From: Cyanobacteriota bacterium
Lineage (GTDB): Bacteria > Cyanobacteriota > Cyanobacteriia > Thermostichales > Thermostichaceae
Assembly: GCA_033764955.1 (NCBI GenBank)
Contig: JANRIL010000042.1
Span: 32,001 to 96,000, forward strand
Direction of reading: 5' to 3'
Length of the DNA stretch: 64,000 nucleotides
Part shown: positions 10,358 through 20,263 of the stretch, piece after piece
How positions within the stretch are numbered: position 1 is the stretch's first letter
Layout of the letters: the number at the start of each line of letters is the position of its first letter
Notes under the pieces: model-generated
Databases searched by the model: none
What the model was told of the DNA's origin: nothing
The model's input: the letters and a program-made list of their open reading frames with translations, nothing else
Made by a program: the position numbers and the translations under genes

Positions 10358-10467
10358 GGGAAGTGGTGTTAGCTGAGGGGGCTATCAGGGAGAACTTAGG
10401 CAATCTGGGCGTTAGATTTTGGAGATGTGCAGTATAAAAGAGAAGAAATTCTCTGGCTTGCTTAGGT

Positions 10468-12975
10468 ATGAGGGTTGCTCTCAAGCCACAGGTTTGGCTG
10501 CCCCTGGGCTTATTGCTTATCACAGGGATCCTTTATGCCCGCACCCAAACATTTGACTTTGAGCAGCATGATCAATTTGTGGGTCATTTGCATCGCTTGC
10601 GGGAGTTAGATGCCAGGTTTGCTCAAGAAGAATTAGCTTGGCGTTATGGACAACCCAGTGATGAACTATCTCTAACCGATGTCCTCCAGGAAATGCAGCA
10701 GATACGGGAGAAGATTGTGGATATTCCTCGCTATATCAGTAGACGAGGCAAGCTAGATTTATCAGGCTTATTAGAGGAATATAAGCTTACCTTAGAAGCA
10801 AAACAAACCTTAAGTGAAGACCTGCAAAATAGGATTAGGGATCAGCAAAGGCAGCTAGTAAGATTTGTGGATTTAGTGGAACAAATTACCACTCGTCAGC
10901 CGGATCTGCGTAACCCCCTCAACAACCTACACGCAAAATTATTAGTGATTGCTTATCAGCCGGGGGGTGAGCAGTTTATTCCTTTAGCTCAGTTAGAACT
11001 TTCCCAGATTCAATCCACTAGTATATCTCCAGACAAATCCCCATCTTCTCCGGCAATCCGCGACAAACAGGAGTTGGGATCCCTAGTCAACCAAATGATT
11101 GCCAATCAACCAATTATTGAGCAGCTCTCAACTGAGCTGATGGCTGTCCCCTCTCTGCAGGGAACTGAAGTTTTAATACAGGAATATATTACTTACTGCA
11201 CAGAAGCCCTCACCCTAGCGGCTATGTTGCGGATTGTTGTCTATTTAAATTCGCTGATCTTGGTGATCATGGTGGCAGCGGCTATTATTTGGTCGCTTCG
11301 CCAGTCAACCGCCGCCCTGCGAGAAGCTGAAGCTAAGTTTCGAGGTATCTTTGATCACTCTTTAGAAGGTATTTATCAATTAAATGAGCAGGGGATAATT
11401 GTCAACGCCAACTTATCTTTAGCCAAAATTTTGGGCTTTGGATCCCCTCAGGAGTTACTGGAAAACTTGGATCAAAAAGATCCAGAGATCTATGTGGATC
11501 CTGGACGGCGAGATGAGTTCTTTGCCAAGGTGGTGACAGAGGGATCCGTCAGTGATTTTGAATCTCAGATCTATCGACGGGATGGCAGTGTTATTTGGAT
11601 TTCCGAGCATAGTCGCGCCATCTTTGATCGGCAAAAACGCTTAGTGGGATATGAAGGGATGATCAGTGACATCACCGCCCGCAAACAAGCGGAAGAGTGT
11701 CTGAAACAGGAACGGGAAAAAACGGAGCGCCTCTTGCTCAATATTCTACCCGCTCCTATCATCGCCCAACTAAAGGAGAACACCAAGTTTGTTGCCGAGA
11801 AATTTGAGATTGCCACAATTCTTTTTGCTGATATTGCCCACTTTACAGACTATTCGGCTCAAATATCTCCCACTGAGCTGGTGGAAGAACTCAACCAGAT
11901 TTTTACGATTTTTGACCAGCTAGCTGAGTGGCACCATCTGGAAAAAATCAAAACGATTGGGGATGCCTATATGGTAGTGGGAGGGATCCCTGTCCAAAGC
12001 GACAATCATGCCATCGCCATCGCCGAAATGGCTCTGGATATGCAGCAGGCTATCCAACAATTTCCCCGTAAAGATGGACAACCTTTTCATTTGCGAATCG
12101 GCATTCATACGGGGACTGTTGTCGCAGGGGTGATCGGATCGAGCAAACTTTATTATGATCTCTGGGGCGATGCGGTTAATATGGCTAGCCGGATGGAATC
12201 TCATGGTGTTGTGGATGAAATCCAAATTTCGCAAGAAACCTATTATCTCTTGCAGGATCGCTATCTTTGTGAAGAAAGAGGATCAATTGTCGTGAAAGGG
12301 AAAGGGAAATTGCTAACCTACTTTTTGAAGGGCAGAAGATTTGTTCCTACTCACGATTTCTTTGATCGACAGACCCACCCCCGCATTCCTGTTGTTAGTC
12401 TGCAAGAGGCTGCTTCTCTGGAGCGTTGCGGTGTGCAGCGTCCCGGTTTTCCCCTCTCATTAGGGGTTCTGTTTGAAGAGCGTTGCTACTACTTTGATAC
12501 TATTTTATCTAAAGAGTTTTCGATTGCTCAATATCAAGCCTGGGAACGCACTGACCAACCCAAACAACTGGATGAAACACTCTTATTGGTAGAAAATCAG
12601 ATGGGCTATCGCCTTTACGTCAATTATCCTCATCTAAAGGTCTTTCCTTATCAAGCGGGTCTGGCTAGTCTGTGTTCTCAAATGTATGGTTCATCCGATG
12701 TTGAAATCATGGATCGACGGTGGGGATTGCGAGTATTTCAGCGGTGCTTTGTGGGGTGCGAGGCGGTCACCTGGCTAGCCAATAATCTGCAACGGTCTCG
12801 TCAGGAAGCTGTGGAGATTGGTCAAGATTGCCTGGAAGCCCAACTGTTTGCCCATGTTTTAGGAGAACAAGATTTTGCTGATGATCATTACTTCTATCGG
12901 TTTCGCCAAGATGGGATCCCTCAACATCGGGTGATAGCGGGCAAACGACTGCTGCCAACCAACGAAAAAGCCTGA
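10468..12975 (+). CDS. Membrane class III adenylate cyclase: helical periplasmic (DAHL-like) sensor, PAS, cyclase, linker domain, C-terminal DEP domain
   Basis: LFADIAHFT, KIKTIGDAYM, YDLWGDAVNMASRMES (K/D residues favour ATP); PAS/PAC RRDGSVIWI; DEP-like CFVGCEAVTWL...EAVEIGQ...FAHV...FYRF. Confidence 0.9.
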   Translation: MRVALKPQVWLPLGLLLITGILYARTQTFDFEQHDQFVGHLHRLRELDARFAQEELAWRYGQPSDELSLTDVLQEMQQIREKIVDIPRYISRRGKLDLSGLLEEYKLTLEAKQTLSEDLQNRIRDQQRQLVRFVDLVEQITTRQPDLRNPLNNLHAKLLVIAYQPGGEQFIPLAQLELSQIQSTSISPDKSPSSPAIRDKQELGSLVNQMIANQPIIEQLSTELMAVPSLQGTEVLIQEYITYCTEALTLAAMLRIVVYLNSLILVIMVAAAIIWSLRQSTAALREAEAKFRGIFDHSLEGIYQLNEQGIIVNANLSLAKILGFGSPQELLENLDQKDPEIYVDPGRRDEFFAKVVTEGSVSDFESQIYRRDGSVIWISEHSRAIFDRQKRLVGYEGMISDITARKQAEECLKQEREKTERLLLNILPAPIIAQLKENTKFVAEKFEIATILFADIAHFTDYSAQISPTELVEELNQIFTIFDQLAEWHHLEKIKTIGDAYMVVGGIPVQSDNHAIAIAEMALDMQQAIQQFPRKDGQPFHLRIGIHTGTVVAGVIGSSKLYYDLWGDAVNMASRMESHGVVDEIQISQETYYLLQDRYLCEERGSIVVKGKGKLLTYFLKGRRFVPTHDFFDRQTHPRIPVVSLQEAASLERCGVQRPGFPLSLGVLFEERCYYFDTILSKEFSIAQYQAWERTDQPKQLDETLLLVENQMGYRLYVNYPHLKVFPYQAGLASLCSQMYGSSDVEIMDRRWGLRVFQRCFVGCEAVTWLANNLQRSRQEAVEIGQDCLEAQLFAHVLGEQDFADDHYFYRFRQDGIPQHRVIAGKRLLPTNEKA

Positions 12976-13103
12976 TGGATACCCAGGCAAGCCTCGGTAA
13001 CCAGTTACTCATTAGGGACCCTCAACCCCCTTAGATGTTCAGCCTTCCCTTCATCCCTTAAATCTTGGGGCTAAGATAGATAAGCTGCGCTCAACATCCT
13101 TTT

Positions 13104-14477
13104 GTGTCTCTACCGCTTGTTGCCATCGTGGGGCGTCCTAATGTCGGCAAATCAACTTTGGTGAATCGTTTGGTGGGGGAGCGGGTAGCGATCGTCCATG
13201 ATGAACCGGGGGTGACCCGTGATCGCCTTTATCGAGCGGTGGAGTGGAATGGTCAGCGCTTTCGGGTGGTGGATACAGGCGGCTTAATTTTTAATGACGA
13301 CAGCGAGTTTTTGCCGCTAATTCGTCAGCAAGCCATGACGGCGATGGCAGAAGCTCAGGCTGTGATTTTTGTGGTGGATGGATTGATGGGTCCAACTGCC
13401 GCCGATCAAGAAATTGCCTCCTGGCTGCGCAAGCAAAACCTACCGGTTGTGGTTGCCGTCAACAAATGTGAATCTAGCCAAATCGGACTCTCCCAAGCGG
13501 CTCTTTTTTGGGACTTGGGTTTGGGGGATCCCCTGCCCTGCTCCGGCATTCACGGTAATGGGGTGGCCGAAGTGCTGGAACAAGTCCTCCCCCATTTGCC
13601 AACCGGATCCGACAACGAAGAGGCGGCTGAAACGGCAGTTGCCATTGTGGGGCGTCCCAATGTTGGCAAGTCTAGCCTGCTCAATCGCTTGCTGGGGGGA
13701 GAACGAGCCATCGTCAGTCCTATTGCCGGAACCACCCGTGACGCCCTCGATAGCTGGATTACCTGGCAAAATCAACGCTACCGATTGATTGATACGGCGG
13801 GTATTCGCAAAAAAAGCCGTATTGACTATGGTGTGGAATTTTTCAGCATCAATCGAGCCTTCAAAGCAATTGAACGCGCCGATGTTGTCTTACTGGTTAT
13901 CGATGCTTTAGAAGGGGTGAGTGAACAGGATCAAAAGCTAGCCCACCGCATCGAAGCAGAAGGGCGCGCCTGTGTGATCATTATCAACAAATGGGATGCC
14001 GTTGAGAAAGACAGCTATACCATCTACGACTTCACCAAACACGTGCGGGAACGACTCTATTTCCTGGATTGGGCACCCATTCTATTTACCAGTGCCATGA
14101 CCGGACAACGGGTTCCCCAAATTTGGCAACACATTAATGTGGCCGTTGAGAGCTATCGGCAGCGCATTTCCACATCAGTGGTTAACGAAGTATTGCGGGA
14201 TGCTCTGGCTTGGTATACTCCACCAACCAATCGTCAGGGCAAGCAGGGGCGGATTTATTATGGCACGCAGGTGTCCAGCCAACCGCCGACATTTTTGATG
14301 TTTGTCAACGATCCTGACCTACTCAAAGAAAACTATCGACGCTTTTTGGAAAAACATTTCCGCACCAACCTCAACTTTATCGGCACTCCCATTCGCTTCC
14401 GGTGGCGGGGAAAATCAGAACGGGATCTTGCCCGCTCCGTTCGCAAAGTTCAACCGGAACCCGCTCTGCACGAGTAA
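13104..14477 (+). CDS. der: Ribosome biogenesis GTPase Der (EngA)
   Basis: Two GRPNVGKS GTPase domains, GVTRD/GTTRD, DTAG, NKWD, KH-like C-terminus. Confidence 0.98.
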   Translation: MSLPLVAIVGRPNVGKSTLVNRLVGERVAIVHDEPGVTRDRLYRAVEWNGQRFRVVDTGGLIFNDDSEFLPLIRQQAMTAMAEAQAVIFVVDGLMGPTAADQEIASWLRKQNLPVVVAVNKCESSQIGLSQAALFWDLGLGDPLPCSGIHGNGVAEVLEQVLPHLPTGSDNEEAAETAVAIVGRPNVGKSSLLNRLLGGERAIVSPIAGTTRDALDSWITWQNQRYRLIDTAGIRKKSRIDYGVEFFSINRAFKAIERADVVLLVIDALEGVSEQDQKLAHRIEAEGRACVIIINKWDAVEKDSYTIYDFTKHVRERLYFLDWAPILFTSAMTGQRVPQIWQHINVAVESYRQRISTSVVNEVLRDALAWYTPPTNRQGKQGRIYYGTQVSSQPPTFLMFVNDPDLLKENYRRFLEKHFRTNLNFIGTPIRFRWRGKSERDLARSVRKVQPEPALHE

Positions 14478-14642
14478 ACTACTGGCCGACATGTGAGCCA
14501 ATCCCAGCTAGCCAAGCCCATCAGTCAAGCGCAACCGTTGGTCAGAAGCGGGATCCCTATCGCAGGGGTGAGGACGCTACCCAGGGATCCCGCTTCTGAC
14601 TATCCTTAGGGGTAGAGTGTTAGCCTGCTGAGATTTCCCTCC

Positions 14643-16301
14643 ATGACTTCTAACTTGCCCCCTGCCGTGACCCTCTCCACCCCTGCCTCTCCTTCCTCCA
14701 CGTTCCAGGGATCCCTAGAGCGGATTGTGGCAGCCATTGATGTCGGGACGAACTCTCTCCACATGGTTTTGGTGAAAATCAATCCACGGTTTCCCAGTTT
14801 TACGATTATCTCCCGCCAAAAAGAAACGGTGCGCCTGGGGGAATATGCTGATGCCCAAAGCAATCTGAGCGAGAAGGCTATGCAGCGAGCCTATCAAGCT
14901 TTGGAACGATTTGTTGAAGTAGCGGGTAGTTTCGAGGCGGAGTCGATTGTGGCAGTAGCCACCAGTGCCGTGCGGGAGGCTCCCAATGGCATGGCCTTTT
15001 TGCAGGAGGTGAAAAGACGGATTGGCTTGACCATTGACCTGATTTCGGGACAAGAGGAAGCGCGGCGTATTTATCTGGGCGTGCTGTCGGCCATGGAGTT
15101 TAACCAGCAAGCTCATGTCATGGTGGATATTGGTGGTGGTTCTACAGAGCTGATCCTAGGGGATGGACATGAACCGGAGTTCTTGCGCAGCATCAAGGTG
15201 GGAGCCGTCCGCCTCACCCAGATGTTTCTCCACAACGATCCCCCGACTCCCAGCCAATACCGCCAATTACAAGACTATGTCCGTGGCATGGTGGAACCGC
15301 CTATCGAGCAGATTAAAGCCAGCCTGGGATCCCGCCCCGTTCTGCTGGTAGGAACCTCTGGCACGGCGGAAACCCTCGCCACCCTAGACGCCCGCCGCAA
15401 CGGATCCCAACCCATCCGTATGCATGGTTATCAACTTAACTTCAAATCCCTCAGCCAGTTGTTGGATGAATGGAAAGTAATGCCGCTTAGCCAACGGATA
15501 CAACTTCCCGGTATTGTCGAGCGACGGGCGGAAATCCTGCTGGCCGGGGCAGTGATTATGCACGAAATTATGGCTCTCCTAGAAGCCAAGCAAGTGACGT
15601 TTTGTGAGCGAGCGTTGCGGGAGGGGTTGATTGTCGATTGGATGTTGACGCAGGGCTTAATTGAAGATCGGCTACGCTTTCAAAGTTCTGTGCGTCGTCG
15701 CCATGTTTTGAAGTTAGCCAACAAATATCAGGTGGAGCTGGATTATGCCGAACAGGTGGCTAGTTTTGCCCTCAGCCTGTTTGACCAAATGCAGGGGTTT
15801 CTCCACCAATGGCAGGCTCCTGAGCGAGAATGTCTCTGGGTGGCGGCCATGCTACATAATTGTGGGCATTTTGTCAGTCATAGTGCCCACCACAAGCATT
15901 CTTACTATTTGATTCGCTATGGAGAATTGTTGGGGTTTAACGAAGAAGAAGTAGAGGTAATTGCCAACATGGCTCGCTATCACCGCAAATCCCCTCCCAA
16001 AAAACGACATGATACATTTCAACGGTTGACTAGCGAACGGGATCAACAGATCGTGCTGGAGCTGAGTGCTTTGCTCAGGCTGGCCACCGCCCTCGATCGC
16101 CGCCGTCATCATGCCATTCAACAAATCCACTGCACCTACGATATGGCGGATCCCCAACAACGAGTGCTTTGGCTCGATCTGCAACCTGCCCAAGCGGAGG
16201 ATGACTGCGCCTTAGAGCTTTGGAGCCTCAACAATAAAAAAGAGGTGTTTGAACAACAGTTTGATATTCAAGTGAAACCTCGCCTGCACTATGTCATTTA
16301 A
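14643..16301 (+). CDS. ppx: Exopolyphosphatase Ppx/GppA family
   Basis: AAIDVGTNSLH, VATSAVREAPN, EEARRIYLG, DIGGGSTE, ALREG, HD-like C-terminal region. Confidence 0.95.
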   Translation: MTSNLPPAVTLSTPASPSSTFQGSLERIVAAIDVGTNSLHMVLVKINPRFPSFTIISRQKETVRLGEYADAQSNLSEKAMQRAYQALERFVEVAGSFEAESIVAVATSAVREAPNGMAFLQEVKRRIGLTIDLISGQEEARRIYLGVLSAMEFNQQAHVMVDIGGGSTELILGDGHEPEFLRSIKVGAVRLTQMFLHNDPPTPSQYRQLQDYVRGMVEPPIEQIKASLGSRPVLLVGTSGTAETLATLDARRNGSQPIRMHGYQLNFKSLSQLLDEWKVMPLSQRIQLPGIVERRAEILLAGAVIMHEIMALLEAKQVTFCERALREGLIVDWMLTQGLIEDRLRFQSSVRRRHVLKLANKYQVELDYAEQVASFALSLFDQMQGFLHQWQAPERECLWVAAMLHNCGHFVSHSAHHKHSYYLIRYGELLGFNEEEVEVIANMARYHRKSPPKKRHDTFQRLTSERDQQIVLELSALLRLATALDRRRHHAIQQIHCTYDMADPQQRVLWLDLQPAQAEDDCALELWSLNNKKEVFEQQFDIQVKPRLHYVI

Positions 16302-16332
16302 TGATTGAAGAAAACTAATGATTGAAGAAAAC
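16299..16332. repeat. Perfect 17-bp tandem duplication TAATGATTGAAGAAAAC x2
   Basis: Read directly; the first copy begins at the ppx stop codon. Confidence 0.9.
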
Positions 16333-16383
16333 GAAAAGAACCCAAACTTCCAAATTGGACAACTGGAAGCCCTACATCCCTCA

Positions 16384-16701
16384 TCAAATCAGCCATTCTG
16401 AAGCTCGTTCTCCCAGATGAGCTAGATCAATTGGGATAGAAACCGCTTTGCCCAAGCGGGGGCTTTGGCGAGTGGACAAGATCTCCTGCTGCACGGACTC
16501 CCAAGCTCCCCAGGCTTGGAGACAAGACAGCACAGAGCCTAGCCGCTCTAAATATTCGGCTTCGGAGACTGGAAATGAGGATTGCTCTAGATATTTCCAC
16601 ATCACCAGCAGGCTGATCCGCTCCCCCACTCGCCGTAGCTGCACATCATAGGACTTCCCCCATTTATCGATGAGCAGTTGCCGCAAGTCATGTCCCTGCA
16701 T
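16384..16701 (-). CDS. DUF3067 family protein
   Basis: KWGKSYDVQL, VMWKYLEQSSFP, PRLGKAVSIP, GERASEW; divergent from petC as is usual in cyanobacteria. Confidence 0.9.
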   Translation of the reverse strand: MQGHDLRQLLIDKWGKSYDVQLRRVGERISLLVMWKYLEQSSFPVSEAEYLERLGSVLSCLQAWGAWESVQQEILSTRQSPRLGKAVSIPIDLAHLGERASEWLI

Positions 16702-16820
16702 AAGTGACCAACCCTAATTTACATTTCTTAATACAGATGCCGTCTGAAACTCAGCTACGATAAATGAGTTCGTCAAGATTTGTAATTGAAATCACTTTAT
16801 TTATCATCGCACATAGACCT

Positions 16821-17339
16821 ATGAGTGAAGCAGTTGGCAAGTTTGAAGCGCCCTCCATGAGTCGGCGGATGATGATGAGTACGATGTTGGGGGGATCCCT
16901 TGGTGTGGTGGCTCTGGGTGCTCTTTATCCAGTGGTCAGCTATTTTATTCCTCCCTCTTCTGGGAGCGGAGCGAAGGGATTAATTGCTCAGGATGCATTG
17001 GGTAAGCCAATCAGTGTCAGTGAATTGCTGGCTAGTCATGGCAGCACCGATCGAGTATTGGCTCAGGGGCTAAAAGGGGATCCCACCTATATTGTGATTA
17101 ACGAGGGGGCGGTAGCCAACTACGGTCTCAACGCCGTTTGCACCCATTTGGGTTGTGTGGTGCCCTGGAACGCCGGAGAAAATCTATTTAAGTGTCCCTG
17201 TCATGGATCCCAGTATGCGGCTAATGGGAAAGTGGTGCGTGGTCCTGCTCCCAAATCGTTAGAGCTGGTCACCGCCAGTCTAGAAGAGGATAATGTGCGC
17301 TTCACGGTTTGGGAAGGGAGTGATTTCCGTAACGCCTAA
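16821..17339 (+). CDS. petC: Cytochrome b6f Rieske iron-sulfur subunit
   Basis: Tat motif SRR, GLKGDPTY, CTHLGC and CPCHGS boxes, GPAP. Confidence 0.98.
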   Translation: MSEAVGKFEAPSMSRRMMMSTMLGGSLGVVALGALYPVVSYFIPPSSGSGAKGLIAQDALGKPISVSELLASHGSTDRVLAQGLKGDPTYIVINEGAVANYGLNAVCTHLGCVVPWNAGENLFKCPCHGSQYAANGKVVRGPAPKSLELVTASLEEDNVRFTVWEGSDFRNA

Positions 17340-17426
17340 TTGACGACCTCCATCCTGGCACGGCCATGATCTCTAATTTTGTCTGAGATGATTTTCGCTA
17401 CTCTTTGCAAGCCTTTCCAAGAACCT

Positions 17427-18410
17427 ATGAAAAAAATCGTTTTTCTCCTGCTGACGTGTCTCTTGGCAGTGATGAGCATGGGCAAGCCGGCGGCGGCCTA
17501 TCCAGCCTATGCTCAGATGGCCTACGAAACCCCCCGTGAAGCCACCGGAAAAATTGTCTGTGCCAACTGTCACCTCAATCAGTTACCCACCCAGGTAGAA
17601 ATTCCTCAGTCGGTCACGCCGGGACAGGTGTTCGACGTGGTTGTGAAAATTCCCTATGACCACAGCAAACTACAGGTGACGGGGGATGGCAGCAAAGGGG
17701 GATTGAATGTGGGATCCGTGGTGGTTTTACCGGAGGGTTTCCGCCTTGCCAGTGAGGAGGAAATGACGGAAGCGCAACGGGAAGAGGTAGCGGAAACCTA
17801 TGTGGCGGCCTATAGCGACGAAAAGCCAAATATTCTGGTGGTGGGGCCTATTTCTGGCGATGAGCACCCTGAGATTGTCTTCCCCATCAAAGCTCCTGAT
17901 CCAGCCGAGGATCCGTCTGTGGCCTTCATGAAGTATTACGTGTATGTGGGAGCCAATCGTGGTCGTGGTCAGATCAATCCCAATGGCTCCCTCAGCAACA
18001 ACAACCTCTTCCGCTCTCCCGTGACAGGGACGGTAGAGGAGATCCTCGTGCTGGCGGATCCCGCTACGGATTTACCTCCTGAATGGGTGGACAAGGTGGA
18101 TATTGGCGATGGCTATCCCGACACCCGTTTGATCACCTTCTCCACGGAGAAAGGGCTAGCCGCGATGGTGATTCCACCAGGGCCAGAATTAGTGGTGGCC
18201 GTTGGAGACTCTGTGAAAGAGGGATCCCCTCTCACCAACAACCCCAATGTGGGGGGCTTCGGTCAAGCGGATCGAGAGATCGTCCTGCAAAGTCCGGATC
18301 GGGTAAAGTGGCTGATCGCCTTCTTGGCTGCTGTGTTTGTAGCTCAGGTGATGCTGGTTTTGAAGAAGAAGCAAGTGGAATTAATTCAGGCTGCCGAAGT
18401 TTTGGGTTGA
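17427..18410 (+). CDS. petA: Apocytochrome f
   Basis: Signal peptide, mature N-terminus YP, CANCH heme motif, GANRGRGQI, NPNVGGFGQ, TM helix followed by LKKKQ. Confidence 0.97.
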   Translation: MKKIVFLLLTCLLAVMSMGKPAAAYPAYAQMAYETPREATGKIVCANCHLNQLPTQVEIPQSVTPGQVFDVVVKIPYDHSKLQVTGDGSKGGLNVGSVVVLPEGFRLASEEEMTEAQREEVAETYVAAYSDEKPNILVVGPISGDEHPEIVFPIKAPDPAEDPSVAFMKYYVYVGANRGRGQINPNGSLSNNNLFRSPVTGTVEEILVLADPATDLPPEWVDKVDIGDGYPDTRLITFSTEKGLAAMVIPPGPELVVAVGDSVKEGSPLTNNPNVGGFGQADREIVLQSPDRVKWLIAFLAAVFVAQVMLVLKKKQVELIQAAEVLG

Positions 18411-18465
18411 TTTTTTCCGGTCATGACCAACGACTCTGGCTGCCTTGGGTAGCCAGGGTTATTTT

Positions 18466-19170
18466 TTAGGCATCCTCACCCCCGTCCTCCTCCTCCCTAG
18501 CAGGACGCTTGTGCAGGGCAAAGGTGGCATCGTCTCGTACCCCCCAGTCGGGATCCTCCTGAACAGATTTTTCTAGAGAATGCCAGAGGGGGGTCTGATC
18601 TATCCCTGGTTTGAGACTTTCTGCCACTTTGCCCAACGCCCAGGCGCAATTGCTGCGAACCGCTGCCACGGGATCCGCGAGGAGGGCGCTCACCAACACC
18701 TGGATCACCTGCTCTTGAGCGGAGGGGGTAGCCAGTTGAGCCAGTTGTCCAAGGGCACTCGCCGCCCAAAGGCGAACAGCTGTGATATCCGTTTGCAACG
18801 CTTCTCGCAACACCGGAATAGCCTGGGGATCCCGTGTATTGCCTAATGCCCAAACCACCCCTTTCCGGACATAGCCATTCCAATCCCGCTGCATCGCCTG
18901 GATGAGTTCGGGAACCGCTTCGGCAGCCGGATTACGCCCCAAGGCATAGGCGGCACTCACCCGCACCAGCGTACAGGGATCCCGCAACAATTCCACCAGT
19001 CGCCGGATGGAACGCGGTTCCTCTTGGTCACAAAAGATCCGTGCCGCTTGCATCCGTAAGCGGGGATTGGGATGCTCCAGTTGCGCCAACATGCCCTCGA
19101 CATCCACCGCCGGAGGATCGGGAGGCAGTTCATCCAACGGTTCGAGGGGGCTAAAGGCGTCTTCATACAT
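18466..19170 (-). CDS. HEAT-repeat (PBS-lyase-like) protein
   Basis: Repeats of VRxxAAxALG / DWNGYVRKGVVWALG. Confidence 0.85.
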   Translation of the reverse strand: MYEDAFSPLEPLDELPPDPPAVDVEGMLAQLEHPNPRLRMQAARIFCDQEEPRSIRRLVELLRDPCTLVRVSAAYALGRNPAAEAVPELIQAMQRDWNGYVRKGVVWALGNTRDPQAIPVLREALQTDITAVRLWAASALGQLAQLATPSAQEQVIQVLVSALLADPVAAVRSNCAWALGKVAESLKPGIDQTPLWHSLEKSVQEDPDWGVRDDATFALHKRPAREEEDGGEDA

Positions 19171-19443
19171 GGCTTATTTTGACGGAGAAAGGAATAATAG
19201 GGAAAAAGCGAGGGGGGAGGCTCCCTTCCCAGGAAAGGGTTGGATCCCGCCCAGTCAAAACGCCAACCCCAATCATCATAAGCCGCCAAAAACAACAAAA
19301 AAGCAATCGGTGTTTATCGCTAGCTATCTGATTCTAAAAACCTCGATCCTGTCTCTAACGATTGATCAGCAGATTTATTAGGAGGAAGGAACCAGCCGAA
19401 AATGGCAACGGTATGATAGGCAGTGGAGTAATTTCCACAACCT

Positions 19444-19938
19444 ATGCCCTCATCCTGGAGTTTATCCATGCTCTCTTTATCTCAGAATTTATCTCCGACC
19501 GCCCTTCGTCTGACTTTTGGAGTGACTTTTGGAGTGACGGTGGTCAGTGCTCTGTTGGCTTGGCCGTTGGTTGGGCAGGCGCAAGTCAAATTGCCAATCG
19601 GTGTGGATCAAGAGGTATTTACCAAGCCGAGGGTTCAGTTTAATCCGAGGGTTCCCCTCAAGTTGGTAGTGATCAACTACACCGGATATCCCCTGGAGTA
19701 TGGCCTGACGGATCCCCGTTCCTTAGTGACGGAATTGCCCGTGGACGAACGGTTAACCTTGTCCAATTTTCGCATTCCCAACTGTTTAGCCATCAACACC
19801 CCGATGTATGCCCCTGTCCAATATATTGTCAGTGTGGATCGCTACAATACGGCAACGGTGCAGGTGAAATTGGTCAATGATGTTTCGGGGGATCATTGCT
19901 TAGATATTCAGCCCACCGGAGCTATTTTTGTCAATTAA
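19444..19938 (+). CDS. Hypothetical exported protein (start uncertain)
   Basis: Signal-peptide-like hydrophobic stretch ending AQ, then a beta-rich domain with two Cys. Confidence 0.65.
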   Translation: MPSSWSLSMLSLSQNLSPTALRLTFGVTFGVTVVSALLAWPLVGQAQVKLPIGVDQEVFTKPRVQFNPRVPLKLVVINYTGYPLEYGLTDPRSLVTELPVDERLTLSNFRIPNCLAINTPMYAPVQYIVSVDRYNTATVQVKLVNDVSGDHCLDIQPTGAIFVN

Positions 19939-20263
19939 GTCCTTGTGAAATTCCAGAGACAAACTGCTCGTGTTTCGATTTTCGGAACACCCAAGCACGG
20001 TAAATGGTATAGCCACTTGCGCGAACACTGGATTGTGACAGAAGGTTACTCGTTGGCAATTGAAGGTCTATGAGCATGGACAGGCGGGAGTCAGAATGGC
20101 AAGATGCAAACATAGAGACATTCCGTAAGGAATCTTGGCCGGATCCCTTGTTTTTGCCTTATTCTTTTGCCATATTTTGTTGCTTTGAAGTTTAACTTTG
20201 CGGATGAGTTAGACTTAGATTTCTCATTGCTTTTTCTCTCTCGTTGTTGAGGCACTGTTTTTT

